DNA of 40,588 nt from an uncultured Methanosarcinales archaeon (GTDB lineage: Archaea; Nanobdellota; Nanobdellia; Woesearchaeales; CAZYIM01), in NCBI GenBank assembly GCA_964647565.1, contig CAZYIM010000027.1, forward strand, positions 1-40,588, in the 5' to 3' direction. The notes under the pieces were generated by a model. It did not search any database, was not told the DNA's origin, and saw only the letters and a program-made list of their open reading frames with translations. Position 1 is the stretch's first letter. Every line of letters starts with the position of its first letter. Both the position numbers and the translations under genes were made by a program. Of this stretch, positions 34,681 through 40,588 are shown piece after piece.

Positions 34681-36201
34681 TTACCAGCCGCCGACAGAGC
34701 CGCCTCCGCCTCCGCCGCCCCATCCTCCGATAGAGCCGCCTCCGCCTCCACCACCAAAACCGATGTTGGAGCCGCCCATACCAGGGCTACTGAAGATCGT
34801 GGTTGAGGTACTTGTATTCCAGGATGAGCTGGAGCTAGATGTTGACTTGAAGTACTGTGCATTATCGATCTTGTTCCACAGCTGTCTCTTGGTGATCCTG
34901 TCTGCCATGTACCTATCCATCTCTCTTTCGATGTCCAGGTCAGATTCAAAACGGGACCTGCTTGCATCATAGTCATAATCCTCAAAGTCATCAAGCACGT
35001 CCTTCAATCCTGATATATTGCTTGACAGTTCTCTTCGTTTTTCGACCAGTGTCTTGGATTGTTGCCTGTAATCGCCGATGGTCTCATTGATATCGTAAAT
35101 CTTTTCAACAAGCATGTCGTCCTTTCGAGTAGGAGTTTGCTCTGCAATCTCCCTTAACTTTTCAAGTTCGTAACTTCCAAGGACCTTTTTTAATGTTTCC
35201 AACGCCCTTCCAAAATAAGCGCCTTTTGTATCCTGAAGCTTCTCCCTCTGGTCTGCATATTCTCTGTAGAGATTATCTTCATGGGTGATCTTGGCAATCA
35301 CATCGTTTCGCTTGTTGGTCAGGTCATCCATCTCAACTAGGATATTAGTAAGGCCGTGCTTGTCAGATACCTCTTTCTCGTATTCATTCAGCTTTGTGAT
35401 AAAGTTGTCTCTGTATTCCTTTCTATTATTGGTCGCTTCCTCAAGAGTCTTAGGAATATTGATCAGACGCTCATAGCTCTTCTTGGCCTGATCAAAGGTT
35501 ATCTTGTTGCCGTCAGCATCTTTCAAACCTACTTTATTGGCCAGCCATTCATCGCCTTTCTTTAGAAGTCCTTTTCCTTTGTATTCAGCTGATCCAAATT
35601 GCCTCTTGAAATAAAGGTATTTGAAGACCTTGTTGTTCTCAAAGACTTTTTTCTTGGCTTCTACTTTCTCTTTCCACTTATCCAGCCTTTGGACACTCCG
35701 ATCATAGCTCTGCTCTGCCTTTTCAGCATCAAAGACCATGTTGACATAAGTTTTGTTCTTGTCCAGCTCTTCAACAACTGCATTTTGTACTTGCTCCCTG
35801 AGCTTGGATTTTTCATGCAGGACCGTTGACTGCTCTTTTAGCTTGAGCTGCAGATTCTTTTTTGTCTGGTGCGAACTTAGCATGTCTTTCTCGATCTTCT
35901 GCCTGGCTGCCTGTTTCTCCAGATAAAGATTTCGGACTTGCTCTTCTGCCCTCTCAAGCTCTTCCACTTTCTGATCGATATCATCGATACCTTCTGCAGT
36001 CAGCTCTTCAAGATAGACATTGGCTAAATTCCTATAGGTCTCTACCCTGTCTGTCTGCAACCTTCCGATCTTGTTCTCGAATGAGGAGATATCTCTTTTG
36101 AGTCTTGATTCCTTCCTTTCTTCAGCATCAATCCTGCTGTCGATTTCGTCGTAAATATCTGATCCGTAGTAGCTCATTTTATTTCCTCCAGTTGACATCA
36201 C
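34681..36201 (-). CDS. Long coiled-coil protein with C-terminal poly-Gly/Trp tail (GGGGGGGSIGGWGGGGGGGSVGGW).
   Basis: 506 aa. About 430 aa of heptad-like charged helical sequence, then S-rich linker and G-rich tail. Likely true start MSYYGSD (36177), leaving a 1-nt gap to the upstream gene. Confidence 0.6.
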   Translation of the reverse strand: MMSTGGNKMSYYGSDIYDEIDSRIDAEERKESRLKRDISSFENKIGRLQTDRVETYRNLANVYLEELTAEGIDDIDQKVEELERAEEQVRNLYLEKQAARQKIEKDMLSSHQTKKNLQLKLKEQSTVLHEKSKLREQVQNAVVEELDKNKTYVNMVFDAEKAEQSYDRSVQRLDKWKEKVEAKKKVFENNKVFKYLYFKRQFGSAEYKGKGLLKKGDEWLANKVGLKDADGNKITFDQAKKSYERLINIPKTLEEATNNRKEYRDNFITKLNEYEKEVSDKHGLTNILVEMDDLTNKRNDVIAKITHEDNLYREYADQREKLQDTKGAYFGRALETLKKVLGSYELEKLREIAEQTPTRKDDMLVEKIYDINETIGDYRQQSKTLVEKRRELSSNISGLKDVLDDFEDYDYDASRSRFESDLDIEREMDRYMADRITKRQLWNKIDNAQYFKSTSSSSSSWNTSTSTTIFSSPGMGGSNIGFGGGGGGGSIGGWGGGGGGGSVGGW

Positions 36202-36616
36202 TTGTGGATTGCTGGCTTAACTTGACGCCTCTCTTGAGTGTTCCACCATAAGCACCTTTCATGACCACTCTATCCTGAAGATAACCCCTATCTTTCTTAG
36301 CAAAGATAAAATCATCAAGCCGGCCATCGCTTTTTGCATCTTCTTTCAACTGCTCTTCCTTCCGCTCAGAGATCTCCTCTCCCCACATAGACTCGGTCCG
36401 TGTCTTACCATAAAGGTCTGTGATCTGACGATTTATCACATTTCCTGTATATCGTCCATTCTTGAATTCCTTTGCGCGCACAATCAGGAACTTAGTGATC
36501 TTGCCTGATCTGTAATCCCTGAAATAATCCACTGTCTTCCATCTTGAGCTTAGTTCAGCAACAACATGGTAGCAGAGATCAAGCTCTGCATAGAGATTTT
36601 TCATTTCTGACATCAC
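36179..36616 (-). CDS. Hypothetical protein (middle gene of three-gene operon).
   Basis: 145-aa ORF. Confidence 0.5.
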   Translation of the reverse strand: MMSEMKNLYAELDLCYHVVAELSSRWKTVDYFRDYRSGKITKFLIVRAKEFKNGRYTGNVINRQITDLYGKTRTESMWGEEISERKEEQLKEDAKSDGRLDDFIFAKKDRGYLQDRVVMKGAYGGTLKRGVKLSQQSTSDVNWRK

Positions 36617-36621
36617 TGAAT

Positions 36622-37683
36622 TTAACTCGGTTGCTTTCCCTGGTTAAGATGAAGCTTGCCATTTGCATATAGCTGCTCATTACTGTTATTTGCTGCAGCG
36701 ACTTTAGATAGATTCTTGATATTTTTGTATACATTGTCAAGTTGAGGACCCAAGTCAATTATATCCTCAATATTGTCGCCTAGTCCCTGGAGATTTCTTA
36801 AGGCGTTTTGCCCCTTGTCCAGGTTGCCTCTTTCAACATTCATGACTCCAGTCCTATAGGTTGATTCTGCCTTGTTAGCCAGAACATTAGGACCGTCAAG
36901 GTTCCTGATCTCCTCAATGGTTGTATCAAGGCTTCTCTTCACCTGCTTGAGGAATGCTCTTTCTTTGACAATGCCATCAGCAGTCATAAGATATGCATTG
37001 ACGCCATCGAGAGTCCTGACAATAGGTCCTAGTTCATCCATCACAGCTTCGTAGTTGTGCTTGGTGACCTTGTCATCTGCCTCTCCCCTGTTGTCGCAAT
37101 ACATGGATAAGAAATTGTCTGTGGTCTTAAGAGCGTTCTCTGAGTTGATCAATAGAGTGCTTAGATTCTCTGCATTAGGCTGGCTACGGTCTCTTGCGTC
37201 TGGCGCGAGCCTGTCAATTGTATCGAGCAGGTGCTGCCTGCTTTCATAGGCAATCTCCACCCTTTCCTCAACAGCCTTTTCAGCCCTTGCAATCTTTCTT
37301 GCGCCTGCTGTCAGCATGCTGATGCCAGCTGTTAGGCCAACAGCACTTATCACTGCGATTGGCACCACTCTTGTCCATAAATACTTGGTCCTGTCTATAA
37401 ACCAGTTGACTTTCTTGTTTTCAGGCATATAGATATCAAAATCCCTTGAGAACTGACTTTCGAGCCCTGCTTGATCTTCTGTATCAAGATATGTTTCTGC
37501 TATTTTTCGCTCATCAATCATCTCATTAAGGTTTTGTGGAATCATAGTGGTTGTGGACTTTTTTGATCCGTCTTTCCCAGAGTTAGTTTCATCCATCATT
37601 TTAAGTTGGGAAAGGCAGAAATGATTATAAATCTTTCGTAAAATTGCCACTTGAAAATAGAAACATATGGACGTGATAAACAT
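36622..37683 (-). CDS. Membrane-anchored helical protein (single TM VVPIAVISAVGLTAGISMLTAGA, then about 240-aa helical domain).
   Basis: 353-aa ORF. Probable true start MMDETNSG or MIPQNL. First gene of the operon. Confidence 0.55.
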   Translation of the reverse strand: MFITSICFYFQVAILRKIYNHFCLSQLKMMDETNSGKDGSKKSTTTMIPQNLNEMIDERKIAETYLDTEDQAGLESQFSRDFDIYMPENKKVNWFIDRTKYLWTRVVPIAVISAVGLTAGISMLTAGARKIARAEKAVEERVEIAYESRQHLLDTIDRLAPDARDRSQPNAENLSTLLINSENALKTTDNFLSMYCDNRGEADDKVTKHNYEAVMDELGPIVRTLDGVNAYLMTADGIVKERAFLKQVKRSLDTTIEEIRNLDGPNVLANKAESTYRTGVMNVERGNLDKGQNALRNLQGLGDNIEDIIDLGPQLDNVYKNIKNLSKVAAANNSNEQLYANGKLHLNQGKQPS

Positions 37684-37750
37684 TTCTAAACTCTAGAAAA
37701 AATTCACAAATAACAACATTTAAAACCCAATCAAAAAAAACTTTCAATTA

Positions 37751-38491
37751 ATGTTAATTGGAATCAAGATCGGGCCGTTAAGCTCAAAAGACCATGCAGA
37801 AAAGATGAATGATTATACTGATTATTTTGAGATATATGCAGCCCCTGGCTATGAATTCACAGAGCTTGAAAATGTTGACAAGCCAATAGTTGTGCATGTG
37901 GCTCATTCATGCGAGGGTGTAAATCTTGCAGATCCTGCAAAAACCGAGCACAACCAAAGCGCGCTGAGATGGGCAATTAAACAAGCAGACAGGTACAATG
38001 CAGACAAGATAGTCATACACCCGGGCTTTAAAGAGAATCCAGCCTGCTCATTCGCAGTCATGCTGCAGTTCCTAAAAGATAACAGGGACCCAAGATTGTT
38101 GATAGAGAACATGCCAGACACATCTGACGGATTTTATCATTACTGTGGATCTATAGAAGAGATCAGACAGGTGATGACAGAAATAAACATCGGTTTTTGC
38201 CTTGACTTTTCCCATGCAGCAGCCTATGCCAAAAAGAAGCAACTGAACCAGCTCCAATTCTTCAAAGAGCTGCTAGCCCTAAATCCCTGCTACTTCCACC
38301 TGACAGACACCCTTCTAAGTGAGGTCTTTGATGAAAAATACAGCGAAAAACATGTACATCTCCTGGAAGGCGACCTTGACCTGAGCTTCCTAAAAGAGAT
38401 ATTACCAAACGACGCGATGCTGACTCTTGAAACCCCTCAAATCCTTGACAAACAGATAGAAGAAATCGAATTCTTAAGAGCACTGAAATAA
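37751..38491 (+). CDS. Sugar phosphate isomerase/epimerase (xylose-isomerase-like TIM barrel) family protein.
   Basis: 246 aa. Blocks VVHVAH, IVIHPG, LLIENMP and FCLDFSHA are characteristic of the AP-endonuclease-2/xylose-isomerase-like TIM barrel. Confidence 0.6.
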   Translation: MLIGIKIGPLSSKDHAEKMNDYTDYFEIYAAPGYEFTELENVDKPIVVHVAHSCEGVNLADPAKTEHNQSALRWAIKQADRYNADKIVIHPGFKENPACSFAVMLQFLKDNRDPRLLIENMPDTSDGFYHYCGSIEEIRQVMTEINIGFCLDFSHAAAYAKKKQLNQLQFFKELLALNPCYFHLTDTLLSEVFDEKYSEKHVHLLEGDLDLSFLKEILPNDAMLTLETPQILDKQIEEIEFLRALK

Positions 38492-38546
38492 ACATTTGAA
38501 AGGGCGTTAGAAAAGTTTATAAATATCACCCTTCAATATTCTTGTC

Positions 38547-39116
38547 ATGGCCACATTAGATTTTAAGACGGCATTCCACTATCCGTTTAACAGAGCAAAA
38601 GGAATGTGGAATATCCTATGGCTTCTATTGCCTATTATCGGCTGGTTTGCTTTGGGCGGATACAGTGTCCGGATTGTCCAGGAATTCATTAAAGGCAAAT
38701 TTAAGCAGTTACCCACTTTTAATTTTAGCAGTGATCTTAAACTAGGATTCTTTATGTTCATTAAAGCGCTTCCCTTCTTGATTGTATATGGAGTGATTCT
38801 TTCTATCTTTGGCGCCATAGATCCCTGGTTTAGAAGCATCATTGAAGTATTATTAGGCCTATTTATAATTCCGATATTATCTGTAAATTTCCTTAATAAA
38901 CAAACAGTAGGCTCTTATTTTGAATTTAAAATACTAAACTCTGTCTTTAATAATCTAGGGGACTATGTTGTGGCAATGTTGAAAACTATTCTGTTAGGAA
39001 TAATATTTCTAATCATGTGGATCGTCTTAGTAGGCATACCTGCAGGGGTGTTCACACAAGATATATTTATGGCAGATTTCTATAGGAGAAAAACCCTTAA
39101 AAAAGGGACAAAATAA
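38547..39116 (+). CDS. Polytopic membrane protein (possibly DUF4013-like).
   Basis: 189 aa. Four or more hydrophobic helices. Confidence 0.5.
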   Translation: MATLDFKTAFHYPFNRAKGMWNILWLLLPIIGWFALGGYSVRIVQEFIKGKFKQLPTFNFSSDLKLGFFMFIKALPFLIVYGVILSIFGAIDPWFRSIIEVLLGLFIIPILSVNFLNKQTVGSYFEFKILNSVFNNLGDYVVAMLKTILLGIIFLIMWIVLVGIPAGVFTQDIFMADFYRRKTLKKGTK

Positions 39117-39129
39117 TACCTCTGGACAT

Positions 39130-40152
39130 ATGTATTCTACTTGCTGGCCCTATTTTTCTTATATTTGCCCTTATTTAGTTTATCAATTTCACCACTATGT
39201 GGGAGTCAATTTAATAATCTTTATAAACTACCTCCTATTTCTTCTGATTATGGACATCACAATAGAAATGGGATACTTCCCTCTTACAGGGGGCACCAAG
39301 GGAAAACCAGACCTTGAATGGATCCAAGAGCAAAAACAGATAGCTGCACAGCATGATGTGACTCTGCATTTCATGATATATGACGGCATCACATCTACAA
39401 ATTCAGGAGGAAGGCCTATTCTTGGTCAAGAGAGATTTCTAGACATTCTTCCATTCTGCAATAGCAATGAGATGCCAGTCATCATGGCACTTAATGGTGG
39501 CCTTCTGAGACCAGAAGTGACTGAATTAGATGCCAAGGAGCATAGCCATCTGGATGAACTTGCAAAAAGTGCTCAAACGCATAAGCTAAAAAATAAGGTG
39601 ATTGTCACATATCCATCAATAGCAGACCAGGTTAGAAAGGAATATCCTGGATTGGAATTAATAGCATCTTGCATACAACAAGTTGAAACGAGATTCCCTG
39701 AAACATATCAGCAGAAATTTGAGAAGTATGACTATGTAGTACCATTAAACCAGGATATCAATTTTGAGACTCTCTCACCTCTTAAACAATATGCAGATAA
39801 GATGATTATTTTCCTGACATTACCCTGCCAATCATCTGATAGGGATACATGCAGGAAACATTATATGATATTAGAGACTCAGGCCACTGCCGAAGACCAG
39901 AGAGAAGCAGCAGAGAAAGTATTGCAGAGCCACTATGCAGATTCTGAACTGGAAAACTGTAATTGTCTAAATAGCAATGCTCTCTTTAAATATCCTAAAA
40001 AGCTCCTGCCTCTGATGGGTTTAGGTGTGAATAAATTCAAATACCAGAGGATGGATTTTCCAGATGCTCAATCATTACAATGCTTATACATGGGTGCAGA
40101 AATGTTGAAAGAGTATGGTGCAGATGCTCTATTGGGTTTGGCGAAACAATAA
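39130..40152 (+). CDS. Hypothetical protein. The track ORF probably over-extends; likely start is ATG at 39251 (MDITIEMGYFPL…).
   Basis: 340-aa ORF. The first about 40 codons are low-complexity hydrophobic read-through of A/T-rich upstream DNA. Confidence 0.5.
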   Translation: MYSTCWPYFSYICPYLVYQFHHYVGVNLIIFINYLLFLLIMDITIEMGYFPLTGGTKGKPDLEWIQEQKQIAAQHDVTLHFMIYDGITSTNSGGRPILGQERFLDILPFCNSNEMPVIMALNGGLLRPEVTELDAKEHSHLDELAKSAQTHKLKNKVIVTYPSIADQVRKEYPGLELIASCIQQVETRFPETYQQKFEKYDYVVPLNQDINFETLSPLKQYADKMIIFLTLPCQSSDRDTCRKHYMILETQATAEDQREAAEKVLQSHYADSELENCNCLNSNALFKYPKKLLPLMGLGVNKFKYQRMDFPDAQSLQCLYMGAEMLKEYGADALLGLAKQ

Positions 40153-40200
40153 AGCAGATATCAAATTCTTACAAACCCTGAAATGGATCTCATTTCGCTT

Positions 40201-40371
40201 CTATTTCCCTTTTGAGATTATTGAAGTTGTTATCAAACCCAGGCCAATTCCTGCAAGTATGCAACCTACAAATGCCAGAGGTGATCCGGGCAGGAAGAAA
40301 AATCCAACTCCTATACCCAGCATCACTCCGCCACCAATTGCCCATGTGCTCTTATCTTCTTTCTTGTCCAT
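40201..40371 (-). CDS. Small (56 aa) Gly-rich membrane protein, below the ORF-track threshold.
   Basis: ATG (reverse complement of 40369-40371) to TAG (reverse complement of 40201-40203). MDKKEDKSTWAIGGGVMLGIGVGFFFLPGSPLAFVGCILAGIGLGLITTSIISKGK, two hydrophobic helices. Confidence 0.35.
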   Translation of the reverse strand: MDKKEDKSTWAIGGGVMLGIGVGFFFLPGSPLAFVGCILAGIGLGLITTSIISKGK

Positions 40372-40403
40372 TTTTTAAACCTCTTTTATTCAATCTTTTC
40401 ATG

Positions 40404-40588
40404 TTACTTAACTTCGATTGTTTCTTCGATTTCCAGGAATTTAAAATTTAAATCCTGCTCACTAAAATCTTTTTCAATCTGTTTAAAATTTGCCGGATGT
40501 TTAGGGCTATCATAATGGAACGGAATTACTAATTTGGCACCTGTTTCTTTTGCAAAAAGTGCAGCTTCCCATGAACTCATAACTACGC
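40404..40588 (-). CDS. C-terminal part of an MBL-fold metal-dependent hydrolase. Partial: start lies outside the window.
   Basis: Translation …VVMSSWEAALFAKETGAKLVIPFHYDSPKHPANFKQIEKDF…IEVK-stop. AxxxxAKxVIPxHY is the typical C-terminal block of UPF0173/Lactamase_B_3-type hydrolases. Confidence 0.5.
   Translation of the reverse strand, partial: VVMSSWEAALFAKETGAKLVIPFHYDSPKHPANFKQIEKDFSEQDLNFKFLEIEETIEVK

Noticed and set aside
34599-34994. 131-aa ORF antisense to the Gly-rich tail of the coiled-coil gene.
   Set aside because: Its Ala/Glu repeats are simply the reverse complement of the poly-Gly/Ser codons. An artefact of low-complexity sequence.
39130-39250. N-terminal 40 codons of ORF 39130..40152 (MYSTCWPYFSYICPYLVYQF…).
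   Set aside because: Hydrophobic low-complexity translation of an A/T-rich promoter-like stretch. The internal ATG at 39251 is the more plausible start, so not treated as a signal peptide or TM region.
1-40588. Searched by eye for CRISPR-like regularly spaced repeats, rRNA fragments and integrase/transposase genes.
   Set aside because: None found. All direct repeats present are pairs, not arrays. No protein with tyrosine/serine recombinase or DDE transposase motifs was recognised.

Overview
This 40.6-kb window is AT-rich (roughly 35-40% GC, with islands below 30%) and densely coded. Most start codons sit directly after A/T-rich TATA-like boxes with no Shine-Dalgarno sequence, and the gene content includes ZupT, a single-chain double Lrp/AsnC regulator, MNT-HEPN, many RelE/AbrB pairs and B12-radical SAM. 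Together these point to an archaeal (or similarly leaderless) accessory/variable region, not a core housekeeping locus. Recognisable content: four to five toxin-antitoxin modules (3x RelE/ParE with AbrB- or Phd-like antitoxins, one MNT-HEPN pair, one DUF4258/DUF2283-like pair), two radical-SAM enzymes, SAM methyltransferases including a standalone MnmC-like domain, a ZIP zinc transporter, an HhH-GPD glycosylase-like protein, a secreted PQQ-type beta-propeller, GNAT acetyltransferases, a Qng1/DUF2419 queuosine-salvage homolog, and a sugar-phosphate isomerase-like TIM barrel. The clearest unusual item is a 790-aa homolog of the eukaryotic major vault protein (MVP). It is followed by a PPDK_N-like (PEP-utilising ATP-binding domain) protein and preceded by an unusually long, structured 435-bp non-coding region. 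Three separate insertions lie immediately downstream of minus-strand genes, each flanked by a direct duplication of that gene's 3' end (47 bp, 51-55 bp, 11 bp). The inserts carry a RelE TA cassette, an AT-rich Qng1 island, and a 115-bp GC-rich highly structured element. Further items: a tandem pair of paralogous proteins with two Asp-rich (DDxxD-like) motifs, a three-gene operon ending in a long coiled-coil protein with a poly-Gly/Trp tail, and two large uncharacterised tandem genes. No CRISPR array, rRNA or convincing tRNA was seen.
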